This document shows positions 39,001 through 53,800 of a DNA stretch of 64,000 nt, piece by piece (position 1 is the first letter of the stretch; each line of letters begins with the position of its first letter). The notes under the pieces are model-generated. The model saw nothing but the letters and a program-made list of their open reading frames with translations, made no database searches and was not told where the DNA came from. The position numbers and the translations under genes are program-made. Origin of the DNA: Lytechinus pictus (lineage: Eukaryota). The DNA is taken from NCBI RefSeq assembly GCF_037042905.1, contig NC_087252.1, positions 5,706,001-5,770,000 on the forward strand, in the 5' to 3' direction.

Positions 39001-41711
39001 TTCTTTAAAAATCTGTAATATATGCCCTCCCATAGAAAGAATATATTCTCTACTGATAGATGTGAAAAAAGAGGCAGTTTTAGTGAAATATATACTAAAG
39101 TAATGGGGAGAGTTGTTCACAAGTGACATCACACATCTTTGTCGCATTGCCAATGTAAGGATGGATATCCATGTCATTAGTGATCGCGATATTCAAATGC
39201 TCATAACTTTCTCATTATTTGTCCGATTTTTCTCAAACTTTCGTTGATCTGTTTCTTTGATTTTTCTGTTTTCACACAAGCTATCTTGTTCCAAATGTTT
39301 CATTTTCCTTTAACTACTGGACTGGGCTCCGTCCACCGATTGTCACTGGGGTTTTGAAAATTGTCACAGCACCCCAGTAACAACAGATAAACCTCCGTGG
39401 CTAGGTTCATGCTACTGGACCACATAGACGTAACGAGTTAGTGTCTAAAATAAATATAGGGCGATCCCATCCGATTGCCGACAGTTAAACAGATTTCCAA
39501 TCCAACCAAGTTTATTTTCTCTGTGTGGTGTCTGATACCTTAATCTCATTAGATCTACGACACCGTACCACGAGTCGAAAACAACAGTTTTAACATTTTT
39601 TTTGTACCAGCTACATACGGGCGGTTTGAATAAAAAATGAATAAAAAAAGGCTGTTTAAAGCCCCTTTCACAATTGACGTACGACCATTTGCGACCTTTT
39701 GGTCGTGCGACAGGCTGCAACAGGCATCAATCGCTAGTCATCTCATAAGATCGCACAGAGGCTTTCACAGTTGCAACAGCTGTCGTACAACAAAACAACC
39801 AGTAAACCCCGATGCACGAGTAAGTCGCATATACTCTTATTGTGCTCGTGCGATCACATGCGAGTGTTGCACGAGGGATTGCGAGTGGAACGGTCGCATA
39901 CATGCGAATGAAACGGTAGTGCAATGTTGTAAGCCGTTGCGATCGGTCTTGCAACAGTCTTATGGCCCATATTATTATCGCAACCAGTCGCAAGACAGGT
40001 CTCTGTACATGTAGGTCGCTTGCACATGTGCAAGTTTTGCACGACCTCCAGTCAAGTAAATGCGACTACTTAGTTGTGCCACCTCTCGCACCAAGTCGTA
40101 CAACGTTGAACGACACTCGCACGATGATCGCCCGACCGATGGTACGACCCCGGGTACGGTCTGATGCGAGTGAATCGATCGTATTTGATCGCGTTCGGAT
40201 TTTGAACATGTTCAAAGTTCAGATGTGACCAGTCACGACCACCTCGAGTTCGTGCGACCGTCTACAACGACTGCGAGTGCTCGCAAGACACCAAGAGATC
40301 GATCGTGCAACAACAAGAAAAAACTGTTGCAGGCAGTCGTAAACTGGTCGGACGTCAATTGTGAAAGGGGCTGAACGGTCGCATACATGCGAATGCAACG
40401 GTAGTGGAATGTAGTAAGCCGTAATTTCGATCGGTCTTGCAACAGTCTCATATTATCGCACCCAGTCGCAAGACTGGTCTCTGTAGGTCTCCAGCACATG
40501 TGCAAGTGTTGTACGACCTCCAGTCGACTAAATGCGACTATACTTAGTTGTGCCACCTCTCGCACCAAGTCGTACAACGTTGAACAATACTCACACGATG
40601 ATCGCCCGACCGATGGTACGACCTGTTGCGAGTGAATCAATCGTATTTGATCGCGTTTGGATTTTGAACATGTTCAAAGTTCAGATGCGACCAGTCACGA
40701 TCACCTCCGACCACCTCGAGTTTGTGCGATCGTCTACAACGACTGCGAGTGCTCGCAAGACACCAAGGGATCGATCGTGCAACAACAAGAAAAAACTGTT
40801 GCAGGTGGTCGTAAACAGGTCGTACGTCAATTGTGAAAGGGGCTTTAGTCTCGCCGTAGGGGAAATGTGACTGAGGTATGAGTAGTTTTTAGCAATGACA
40901 AGCCGGTACGACATGTACGAGGCGTCTGTGGTAAAAGTAATTATAAAAATATTTATGCCATTTTCATTGATCTGGCTATTTGTTGTGATAGGAAGTTACT
41001 ACAGGGTAGGATAGAGAGAATATTCAAATAATTTACTGATCGTATAGTAGGCATATAAATTCATATGAAAGATAAAATAATAATAGAACGCGATCCGATC
41101 CACTTTCTACTAACTGAAAAGCACTTCTCTTTTAATTTAAGATGTGCATAATGTGTCAGAAAAGCGTATAGGGTTTCGCTAATTCATCATGCACGGTACA
41201 TATGTGCGGGTAATATGACATTATGACCTTAATATCGCAATAATAATAAGCGTTTAATAAATCTTGATATTTCCATATCGTATTGCAACAAAAAAAATCA
41301 ATAACGACGACTACAACAACTACTACTACTACACTACTACTACTACTTCTACTACCACCACCACCACCATCACAACTACTTCTACTAGTAGTACTATACT
41401 ACTACTACTACTACTACTACTATTACTACTACTACTGCTACTACTACAACTACTACTATACTACTACTACTTCGATACTACTACTACTACGATACTACTA
41501 CGATGCTACTACTAATACTACTTCTACTAATACTACTAATACTACTACTTCTACTACTTCTTCTTCTTCTACTACTACCACTACTACTTCTACTACTACT
41601 ACTACTACTTCTACTACTGCTACTACTGCTACCACAACTTACTACTAGTAGTAGTAGTATAAATGTGTATGCTAATAATTCTGCTACTACTGCAGCTACT
41701 ACTACTACTAT

Positions 41712-41746
<35 letters not shown>

Positions 41747-41779
41747 ATACTACTACTACTACTACTGCTACTACTACTT

Positions 41780-41816
<37 letters not shown>

Positions 41817-44800
41817 AACAACTACTATTACACTCTTAAAAATGTTGGGCAACATACGGTCCACACAACAATTGGTTAAAACTTTATCCAATTCTGGGTA
41901 GTTTTCAACCAATACTGTGTAGTTTTCACCCAAAGCACACATTATTGGTGTAAAACTACCCAGAATTGGATAAAGTTTTAACCAATTGTTGTGTGGACCG
42001 TATGTTGCCCAACATTTTTAAGAGTGTACTACTACTACTACTACTTCTACTAATACTAACTGATACTACTACTACCATGACTACTAGTAATGTCAATGCT
42101 GCTGCTGATGCTACTTCTGATATTACGACTAATACTGTACCGCTACTTGTTTTGTTACTCCTGACTCCAATTGCGGGGAAAATATTGAAATAATTTGATA
42201 AAAATGAATAACATAATAAAGAATGCGGAGAAAGCTCATAGAAAAACACTGTGTAATAGATGATGTACCAATACATATACTTTGGAATGAGTTTTTATTG
42301 TATGTAAGAGATGGCCATTGACTCCTTTGAACCATTTAATATACATTTTTTTATCAGTGTTCGTCCATGATTAACATGTCCGAATGGATGATTGATACGT
42401 ATTAGAATATGTCTTTTTGAACCCACGTATTAATCCCTGCGATCCCCACTTTGATACTGGTTTTAACTACAGTCATACCATGGATCATGGGGTCTGTCGT
42501 TATATACTGTATGCGTCATGGAGAGACACGTCCTTGAAGTGAACTTCATTTTCCTACGAGCTTTTTGTCATTGTTCTTTCTTTCTGTACAAAAAGCAACC
42601 GTTTTCAGCCTTATTATTAATCATACTATATTTCATTTATAGCGCCTTTCCATTAAATTACAAAGCGCATTGAACAAAGAACGACATTAAGAAAATGAGA
42701 AGCGTAAATAGAGTGTCTATAAATACAAAACTATCATTATTTTCACTTTATATGAAATCATTCATGTATATTTAAATATTATTTTGTAAAGCCCCAGAAC
42801 AAATTTCATATGGACGTAATAAATTGAATTCAATTGAATCGAATAGAATATGAAAACTGAACAGAAAATTGAATAGGTAAGTTGTGAGTATGGCTACAAG
42901 TTTTCGACCTTTCTTCTTTGAAAGTCACGATAAAATACAATACACTACAACTTAAGTGTTTGTCAACAGTTCGAAGATATAATCTTTTTACAAGAAATGC
43001 AAATATAATAATATCCCGTTCACGTTACGAGGAAGAGTTAAAGGCCCGGTCCCACTGCACTTACATATGCAAAGCGGATGGAAAACATAAAAAGAAACTT
43101 GTCATCCGTTGGAAAACGCTGTGATCCCGTTGTGTACTCATTGTATACGTGTTACATACGCTCTATCCATCGAGCATCCGTCCACTGCCATTTCATCCGT
43201 GCAAAAATAGAAAAATATTGTTTTAACTGCACAAAACCTTTAGAACGGATGAATTTACCGCCGTCTTTGATGTAGATCGGCAACTTAAACGAACAACAAA
43301 AGACCCAACTCATATCAAATCATATCCACTGCAGCTGCAACAACGGAACGAGGTATGAAAGTACATGGTACGTCAAAACATTGTTAGTAGCGCGTAAATA
43401 AACAAGGATGTAAGCGTACTCATCTCATATATAAAGTATTCAAAACCCCCGGTAACCCCTTGAGGAGCTGCCACCCACTTCAATCCGCTTTCATTCACTA
43501 GGCTCGGTCCCACTGCAATTACGGATGCAGAGAAGATGTAAAACAGAAAAGAATCATGCCATCCTTTGCAAAACGCTATGTCTCCGTTGTGTACTCTTTG
43601 CATACGTCTTTTATACGCTCTATATCCATCGATCATCCGTCCACTGGGATTTTATTCTTCTGCCATTTTGTCCATTGCCATGATTGTCTGGAGCGGATGA
43701 AAACGGATAGAGCCACCCCAAAACTTTGCCTGTCCGCTGTATTCGTAATGAATACGTTTTGTAGCCATCGGCCAGTGGAACCAGGCCTTAACATCCCCAA
43801 TAAATACTACTATTGTCCGTTATTTTCCGTTACGTTTTCGAAAAATTTTAGCTGATTTTGTCAATTTCTGGAGCGGACGAAAACTGATGGATCCACCCCC
43901 GATTTTGCTTTCGTCCGCTGTGTATTTATGAATGAGTATTGCATCCAATCCGCAGTCAATTATACTTTGGCTTTACAATATTATTCATAACAAGAATTGC
44001 AATAGTATGTAGCATTTATCAATCCTAATATCTGCCAAGTTGAAGTTGGAAGGGCTCCGCTTCTATAATTAAGAAGTACAAGCGGGTTAAAGCTGTTTTG
44101 ACAATATTGTGCATTTTTTTGGTGTATTTTGAGATTTTCAGGAGCATTTTTTTATAGATATTTAGTCTGTTATAAGGTACATATTTTTAACAGTTTCTTG
44201 AAAGGGCATATTTTGAAGAACCAAAATCCAAGAAAATTGACAAAATGGCACCTGGATGGCCACGCTTGAGTGATTTTGGATAACGGAATGTCAGGTGCCC
44301 AATTGGGTATCCTAGACAATATTCCTACCAAATTTTGAATTTTGATGAGCGACGGAGGCTGAGCAGGGCGATAAAAAACCATGTATTAAATGAATAGGAT
44401 TTTTTGCAGAAGAAAAAGAAGAGTATGGAATAGGAATATGAAACGAGAACAAAGCATTGCCATTGCAATGATACATGGTTCCATAGCGCATCACAAATAG
44501 CAGATGTGGCACTAATATGCGCTAAAGGTATAACACGGAGAGTAAGAATAAAATAGAAAGGAACATATACATGTACAGGTACTTGCGTAAACATATAACT
44601 CATCGGACACTGAGGTCACTGCCAAACGATTGAAGTGCCCGGTTGAAGTGTTAAGTATTTCTTAAAGATGCTTAAGATACTTCCATACTTAAGATAATTC
44701 CATAGGATTCGTGCTTATGAACATCCATGATGTGCAATCTAACTGCATGAACCCAATCTTGACGCCGGGAATAGAATCTACTCGGAAAAATAAATATATT

Positions 44801-47800
44801 CAGCGTCATGGACACATGCAGGAAGCATACTACATATTATGTGTTTTTATGTCAAATATTTTTTAATGAACTTTTTACCGACAGAATGGGACTACCCTGC
44901 TTTTTTTTATAAAGAAAACATGAAAAAAAATACATAAACTCGTCAACATTGTTTGTCCTTTCTTTGTCTGATTGCCATCCGGTAAATGAGCTCAAGTACT
45001 ATGAAAATCATGATGATAATATGAGTCTAACTAAAGGTTCAAGGATATTAGATTGATATAAGATCACGTTGAGAATTAGAAAATGGTTAATGTGAATTTA
45101 TCTCAAGGATATCAATGGGAGGAGGAAAGATGAGCTTCAATCAGCTTATGGTAGTTGCTGGTAAGTTTGAGATTTATTTTCAACCACATGATTGATAATC
45201 TTAACCAAAATCATGAATAACGATGAAAAGGTTAAATGTAACTATCGAAAGTGCCACGAAAACAGGGTGATATGTATATGAATTTATTCAGTGGCTTTCG
45301 TTTGGCCAGATGCACATGTTTTGTACACACAATATACAAATAGTGCCTATATGCATGTAGCAAACAAAGGCAATTTCTCTTGATTTTACATTCATTTGCT
45401 GTCTTTACTAAACAATAAATCAAATAACCGATGTTATTTAGCATATTTTACTATATGAAGTATTGAAGTTATGATGGCATTTTAAGAGTAATCTAAATGA
45501 TAAGAATAATATGAAAAAAACCACTACCGGTACTTTATGGATATTACCGGTCTTGGTGGCTCAGTGGTAGAGCGTCCGCCTCATGAACGGGAGGTCGTGT
45601 GTTATAAAAAAAATGGTACCTTCTGCCTTCTTTCTAGGCGCTCAGCATTTAGATTGGAAAAGGGTAATAATAACATGTTATGTTATGCAGGGCCCGCTGG
45701 TGGAGCAGTTTCCTAACTGAAATGGCTACCCTGTGTAAATAAAACGTTATTACTATCATTTATGGCTACTATAGCACGGGGACAAAAAATACACTGACAG
45801 CATTAATGCATATATTATATGCATTATTTTATGTCATAAGGATACTTACTTTTTAGTATTTGTTTATGACTCTTATCGAAAAAGGATGTATGCTAATTCA
45901 TAAGTTTTTCATGATGCTATTAAAAAAATCATAATTAAATGTACTCTAATATTACACAAGAATAAGTACATACATGTATAGACACTCATTATTTTCATGA
46001 ATTTGCCATATATCTTCTTTTTTTTATTACAAAAGAAATGTTTAAAAATTAATGATTATATTTTTTTAATGCAATGTAACAATTAAAAAGCGATTAGAAA
46101 AGTATATTTTCTGTAATTTATTGAAATCAATATGAAGAAGGATAATCTGGATATTAAAAAACTACCACATTCACAATCAAATGCATCCTATTAACCACTG
46201 TATAAGTAAAAACAAACTTAATATTTTCATAAATTGTACATTGTCATATCTCTTTTTTTCTAAAACAAAATAAATATTTACCTATATATATTATTGTATT
46301 TGGCATGCAATATAAAGGTTACCATCAAAGAAGAAACTCATAAAAAAATACCCTGGGCCAGATTGGCTGTATGCCGCCATCTAAAGGTTCGAATCGTTTA
46401 ATGATCTTTCCCCAAACAACATTCTATACAGCAGCAAGTTCAGAAGACAGTAAGTAAGAATGCACTGCTTGTCAATGATTTGTGTGAACTGGGCTAAAGC
46501 TGAAGAAAGAAAGTATTAAAGTCAATTAATCGTTAAACATGTATTTCGTTTATTAAGCCTTTATTTACAACCCAATTGACGTATATTCGATTGACTGATC
46601 TCCTGCAATATATATATATATATATATATTAATATATATTGTCATGCCTGTGTAAAGAAACACACACCAGGCTGTAAGCGAGAGTGCAGAAGAAATCAAC
46701 ACAATCACTTGTGTAGCAATACGTACATGTTTATATGTGACAGGTGTATTGGCCATTAAATGGCGCAGGCAAAGTTTACCTACCGCGGCCGCGGTGAGTC
46801 GGAAGCAGCTATTAATTTAGCCTCTTGTCGAGGCCCTGGCGGCTGCTTCCCGAGCGAAGCGAGGGATTTCCTAATTCGCGAAGCGAATGAGGCCTGGCGC
46901 GAGCCAGGGCCTCTTGACATCTGAGCTGAATTATATATTCATGAGGAACGTCTTCCTAATTAATATACATGAGTCATGATATTACCGGTCACCTAGTAAA
47001 CCAATGAAATGTCAAAGCCGTTTCGTCCGGGGTTCGGAATACTATAGTAGTCCACTATTCTACAGGGGATTCAATTTATTGCGGGACACTAAAGGGGATA
47101 TAACCAGCAAAATGCTACAAGTAGTGGTACGACTACTACTACTACTAGTACTGGCCGTAACAGACCCATCACCGCCCCCAAACTCCACTCTAGCTTCCCT
47201 CACTGCAAAGCGGAGATCGATAATCGACGCATAGCGGAATCGCATGAAATATTACATTTTTTCCATATCCTGTGGGTAGATTTATAAAAACATATCGTCC
47301 TTTCAGTGCAGATTTAATTTCATCGACTTGCAAATCCTTAAATCGGTAAATATTCATCATTTTAGAGGCATATTCAATGCTCTTCGATATCTCGTCGTCA
47401 CTCTTCGCCAAGAATCCAGTCAAGATGAGCTCATGAATAATTAATATGACGTCATAACAGCCCGCGCTCTCATTGGATGATTTTTACCGACCAGTTTTTG
47501 GTCGGAATATTGGTAAAAACAATAAAAAAAATAAAGAAAGTCGGTGAAATTCGGCTCAGATGTCAAGAGGCCCTGTCTCGCGGCGCTCTGCTTCGCCATG
47601 TTCGCTCGGAAAGCAGCCGACAGGGCCTCGACAAGAGGCTACCATTTATTATGTTTTTTCGTACCAGCTTCATGTAGATGGTTTCAAAAAAAAAAGAGAG
47701 CGAGAGAGAGAAAAAAAAAACACCGGCTGTTTTCGATTCGCCGTACGGCCGCCGTAGGGAAAATGTGACTGTCAATAATTACCATGCCTATGTTATGCTA

Positions 47801-50800
47801 AGTCCTCTCAATAAGTATGTTCATACATGACATGAAATCTATTAAAATACATTTTATTGAACTGAAGACCTGGGAATGTGATTAGAAACTTTACTGATGT
47901 AGTTCTGATGAAGGGCTATCAGCCTGGGCTCACCATACACCAGTACACCAATCTGTACGTTTGCAATATAACGGGTACCTTATGAGTTAAACCTCTGCGA
48001 AAAAAAGACGTCGTGTGAACAATGCCTCACGTACACCATTCAACTATAATCTAATTAAGATGATGGCAAGGGGTGATTCATTTAAGGTGCGCAAGGGTAT
48101 GATGAGCTATGCTTAATTAGTTCGAGGCTGATTCGAGACGCTTTCTATAACCATGATAACGCAGATAATCTTTCGTCAAAAGCCCTTCACAACAATGCAG
48201 TCTTTGTCGCAAAATCGGTGAATCAAAACAGCAGTCTTACTGGACTGTGGAAAAATATAAATTTTGTTCGTCCAGTCCGAATCTAAGATGATGTTCTGTC
48301 CCGCTGCACCAACGTTCAACAATGACTGTCCATTGTGAATTGACAGGCATTTTCAATAGATTCTGAACGTTGTAGAAAGCGTCTTTGAAGTAATGTTGAC
48401 ATATGTTTATGGTGTCCATCCAGCTGAAATTGGGGTTACAAACTAATTTAAGATGTTGAGGGTCCCTTGATCGAGCCCCTGGATCATGTACTCGAGTTAA
48501 AAGATTGATCAATGGACATGACCTGGGTCCAGACTTACAAAGAGTCGAGATAGAACCAACCAACCTCAACTGAATGGAAAACCATGAGTGTCGTAATTCA
48601 TCTTACAGGAAAATTACAAGATGTCATTGATATACAAAAAGGAGCACACTGAGTTGTCAAAGCAGCGATGAATGTATGAGTAGTTCAAATTTCAAGTCAA
48701 CATGAAATATATTACACAGTTTGACAAAAACGAGAATAAGACATGAAAGAAAACACTTTAAAGAAATATCCATTTTAGAAGTTGACGTTTGCTGGGTTTC
48801 AATAGTTGTGGTTAATCGGATCGATCGTATAATTCTTTGTAAGTCGGGAAGCATATCCGATTGTTAAAGAACGCGAGTAAACGAACATAAAGGGTTTTTC
48901 ATGGCGTCATCTTGGAATTCAAGATAACAGATGGCCCAGTGGTCAGATGGCATCTATATTTTTTAATCAGCCCCCAAACACCCAAGACTATCAAATTTCA
49001 CATTTTCTGCCTCATCCGATAAGCTCGACCAATAACTGTTACATATCTGGCCTGCTTCCATGTGCAATAGAGGACCCACTCTCCGTGTACAGCGAGCAAT
49101 TGAGGATGTTTTTTGTATGTGTATGAGAAAACCACCAGAATTCGGTGACATCAGCGGCCCACACAAATCTGGGGGTGGTGTCCTTAAGTCTTTAGCGCCA
49201 GCTACGTCCAATTCACGCCTATTTGAGGTAGAACAAACTGGGACCATTCCCTACTTTTGAAATATCCCTGGTAAGGAAGTGTTACACTTACATAAATTAT
49301 AAGGTGATCACTGACGTATGCTACACACACAGGAAAACCCCTGATGTCCTGTGAGTCTTTTCATTGACTATCATCTATCTATCTTATATAATTGTAAAAA
49401 CAGACAGGGCAGTATAAAACTAAGCCATTAAGTAATTTGTAGGTGTCTAGTGACAAAAGCTTGTTTCTGCTGCTTCGCTAAGCATTGCTCCTTCAAGCAG
49501 AACGGTGTTTAAGGACAAGTCCATCCCAACAAAGAGTTGATTTGAATAAAAAGAGAAAAATCCAGCAAGCATAGCACTGAAAATGTTTAATCAAAATCGA
49601 ATGTAAAATAAGAAAGTTATGACATGTTAAAGATTTGTTTATTTTCACACAAGAGTGACAAGCACATCCTGGTCGGTATGCAAATGATCACACTGATGAC
49701 GTCATCCACTTATTATTTCTTTTGTATTTTGTTATATGAAATATGAATTATTCTAGTTTCTCCTCATTTTCAAGTGAAACAACGAATAATTCCTCCCTGA
49801 ACATGTGGAATTAGCATTGTATGATACTATATGGTTCAGTCAACTTGGTCCTTATTGTCAAGTCTGTAAAAAACATGATATATTTTATAATTCAAACAAT
49901 AAAAACAAGAAAATAAATATTGAGTGAGGGACATCATCGACTGTCTCATTTGCATGTCACTGAGTGGTGCATATAACTGTTTTGTGAAAAATAAGCAAAA
50001 CTTTAAAATGCCCTAACTTTCTTATTTTACGTCCGATTTTGATGAAATTTTCAGCGTTATGCTAGTTTGATTTTTCTCTTTTTATTCAAATCAACATTCT
50101 CCTGGGGTGAACTTGACCTTTAATCAGCATTCCGTCTTATGATCGTATGCCAACTCAAGTTTATTTCAGCATGTTGAGAGGCAACGCCAGGTAGTTAAAT
50201 TACAACGGGGAAGACGGTAAGGTAGTGTGAAAAGATGTTCGATTTTCTCTTTGCCCTGTCAACGAAGAAATTAATTACATGACTCCGCAGGGTGCTAGGG
50301 TTTATACTCATCTTTCTTATTTTGTCTTAATCGACGGAAAATCACGAGTGGTAGTGATGGGGAGGAGGGGGGGGGTACTCCCATGGCGCTACCATTCAGT
50401 GTAATATGTTTAAAATTTAAGCACATTTATGAAGCCAATCACTCTAACAACCATTGCTTAAAGTTTTAAACAAGTTATTTTAAAGTGTTTAAACATTAGT
50501 TCAAAAGTGTGAACAATAGGTGTGTCGGGATCAAACAACGTGCTTAAAGTTTTATTTTTTTTCACAATGCGTGAAATGTCCTTTTCAAATTTCAGGACAT
50601 ACGATTAATGGTCGATAATCCTTTTTATTTCCATGAAATATTAATCAATTTTCAGTTTTATTATGATGAATTTCACAGCATCGTAAGCATATTACAGTAT
50701 TTCCTTCTTAATGATAATACTAATTGTGCTTCATACGATCCTTTTAAAATCTGCTATATGTATGCTACTATCGAATATTTTCTGATGCGTTTGAAATTTG

Positions 50801-53800
50801 TGTTCTTTTCTGTAACTTTAACAAAAATCATACCAGTACACCAGTGCATTAGGGGTATGAACACATTTTTTATCTAACAGCTTAAAATGATTCATTAGTA
50901 ACAGATATGTTAAACAAACAAAAAACCTCGTTACCCCTCTTTCAATCTTTTCAACGAATACCGTATCTATCAAAAAGACCAACATCTCTGAAATACTGAT
51001 TATATAGGTATCAGAAGAGAGGCATGGAGAAATGTACATTCTTAGGGGGTTTATTTGATGATGTAATGAGGAAAAGAGTTCCATAGTATACATCACTTTG
51101 ATTTTATAATCTAAAAATGTTCAGTTTCCTTAACCCTTTGCGTGCGACGGGCTTCCACAGAAGCCCAGCGAGTCGTTCACTTAGCTCCGCCGTAGGGAGA
51201 GGTATCCGGATTCGAGTTAAAAGATTGATCAATGGACATGACCTGGGTCCAGACTTACAAAGAGTCGAGATAGAACCAACCAACCTCAACTGAATGGAAA
51301 ACCATGAGTGTCGTAATTCATCTTACAGGAAAATTACAAGATGTCATTGATATACAAAAAGGAGCACACTGAGTTGTCAAGGCAGCGATGAATGTATGAG
51401 TAGTTCAAATTTCAAGTCAACATGAAATATATTTCACAGTTTGACAAAAACGAGAATAAGACATGAAAGAAAACACTTTAAAGAAATATCCATTTTAGAA
51501 GTTGACGTTTGCTGGGTTTCAATAGTTGTGGTTAATCGGATCGATCGTATAATTCTTTGTAAGTCGGGAAGCATATCCGATTGTTAAAGAACGCGAGTAA
51601 ACGAACATAAAGGGTTTTTCATGGCGTCATCTTGGAATTCAAGATAACAGATGGCCCAGTGGTCAGATGGCATCTATATTTTTTAATCAGCCCCCAAACA
51701 CCCAAGACTATCAAATTTCACATTTTCTGCCTCATCCGATAAGCTCGACCAATAACTGTTACATATCTGGCCTGCTTCCATGTGCAATAGAGGACCCACT
51801 CTCCCGTGTACAGCGATCAATTGAGGATGTTTTTTGCATGTGTATGAGAAAACCACCAGAATTCGGTGACATCAGCGGTCCTTAAGTCTTTAGCGCCAGC
51901 TACGTCCAATTCACGCCTATTTGAGGTAGAACAAACTGGGACCATTCCCTACTTTTGAAATATCCCTGGTAAGGAAGTGTTACACTTACATAAATTATAA
52001 GGTGATTACTGACGTACGCTACACACACATGAAAACCCCTGATGTCCTGTGAGTCTTTTCATTGACTATCATCTATCTATCTTATATAATTGTAAAAACA
52101 GACAGGGCAGTATAAAACTAAGCCATTAAGTAATTTGTAGGTGTCTAGTGACAAAAGCTTGTTTCTGCTGCTTCGCTAAGCATTGCTCCTTCAAGCAGAA
52201 CGGTGTTTAAGGACAAGTCCATCCCAACAAAGAGTTGATTTGAATAAAAAGAGAAAAATCCAGCAAGCATAACACTGAAAATTTTTAATCAAAATCGAAT
52301 GTAAAATAAGAAAGTTATGACATGTTAAAGATTTGTTTATTTTCACACAAGAGTGACAAGCACATCCTGGTCGATATGCAAATGATGACACTGATGACGT
52401 CATCCACTCATTATTTCTTTTGTATTTTGTTATATGAAATATGAATTATTCTAGTTTTCTCCTCATTTTCAAGTGAAACAACAAATAATTCCTCCCTGAA
52501 CATGTGGAATTAGCATTGTATGATACTATATGGTTCAGTCAACTTGGTCCTTATTGTCAAATCTGTAAAAAAAACATGAGATATTTTATAATTCAAATAA
52601 TAAAAAAAAGAAAATAAATATTGAGTGAGGGACATCATCGACTGTCTCATTTGCATGTCACTGAGTGGTGCATATAACTGTTTTGTGAAAAATAAGCAAA
52701 ACTTTAAAATGCCCTAACTTTCTTATTTTACGTCCGATTTTGATGAAATTTTCAGCGTTATGCTAGTTTGATTTTTCTCTTTTTATTCAAATCAACATTC
52801 TCCTGGGGTGAACTTGACCTTTAATCAGCATTCCGTCTTATGATCGTATGCCAACTCAAGTTTATTTCAGCATGTTGAGAGGCAACGCCAGGTAGTTAAA
52901 TTACAACGGGGAAGACGGTAAGATAGTGTGAAAAGATGTTCGATTTTCTCTTTGCCCTGTCAACGAAGAAATTAATTACATGACTCCGCAGGGTGCTAGG
53001 GTTTATACTCATCTTTCTTATTTTGTCTTAATCGACGGAAAATCACGAGTGGTAGTGATGGGGAGGAGGGGGGGGGGGTACTCCCATGGCGCTACCATTC
53101 AGTGTAATATGTTTAAAATTTAAGCACATTTATGAAGCCAATCACTCTAACAACCATTGCTTAAAGTTTTAAACAAGTTATTTTAAAGGTTTAAACATTA
53201 GTTCAAAAGTGTGAACAATAGGTGTGTCGGGATCAAACAACGTGCTTAAAGTTTTATTTTTTTTCACAATGCGTGAAATGTCCTTTTCAAATTTCAGGAC
53301 ATACGATTAATGGTCGATAATCCTTTTTATTTCCATGAAATATTAATCAATTTTCAGTTTTATTATGATTAATTTCACAGCATCGTAAGCATATTACAGT
53401 ATTTCTTTCTTAATGATAATACTAATTGTGCTTCATACGATCCCTTTAAAATCTGCTATATGTATGCTACTATCGAATATTTTCTGATGCGTTTGAAATT
53501 TGTGTTCTTTTCTGTAACTTTAACAAAAATCATACCAGTACACCAGTGCATTAGGGGTATGAACACATTTTTTATCTAACAGCTTAAAATGATTCATTAG
53601 TAACAGATATGTTAAACAAACAAAAAATCGTTACCCCTCTTTCAATCTTTTCAACGAATACCGTATCTATCAAAAAGACCAACATCTCTGAAATACTGAT
53701 TATATAGGTATCAGAAGAGAGGCATGGAGAAATGTACATTCTTAGGGGGTTTATTTGATGATGTAATGAGGAAAAGAGTTCCATAGTATACATCACTTTG

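Noticed and set aside
41264..42276. Long poly-Thr/Leu/Tyr/Val ORFs
   Set aside because: They are translations of a (CTA)n microsatellite and a palindromic MITE.
45549..45600. tRNA gene
   Set aside because: T-arm and acceptor 3' half are missing and the sequence continues into a SINE body; the tRNA-like pieces at 10670-10740 and 60390-60415 likewise run into SINE bodies.
47190..47423. Functional host RecQ gene
   Set aside because: Frameshifted, truncated before the DEAH motif and enclosed by TIRs.
48237..49247. Possible decayed LINE coding sequence (PSDHWAI, KSGPRSCPL) in the duplicated unit
   Set aside because: Only short motif resemblances interrupted by stops; cannot be supported without BLASTX.
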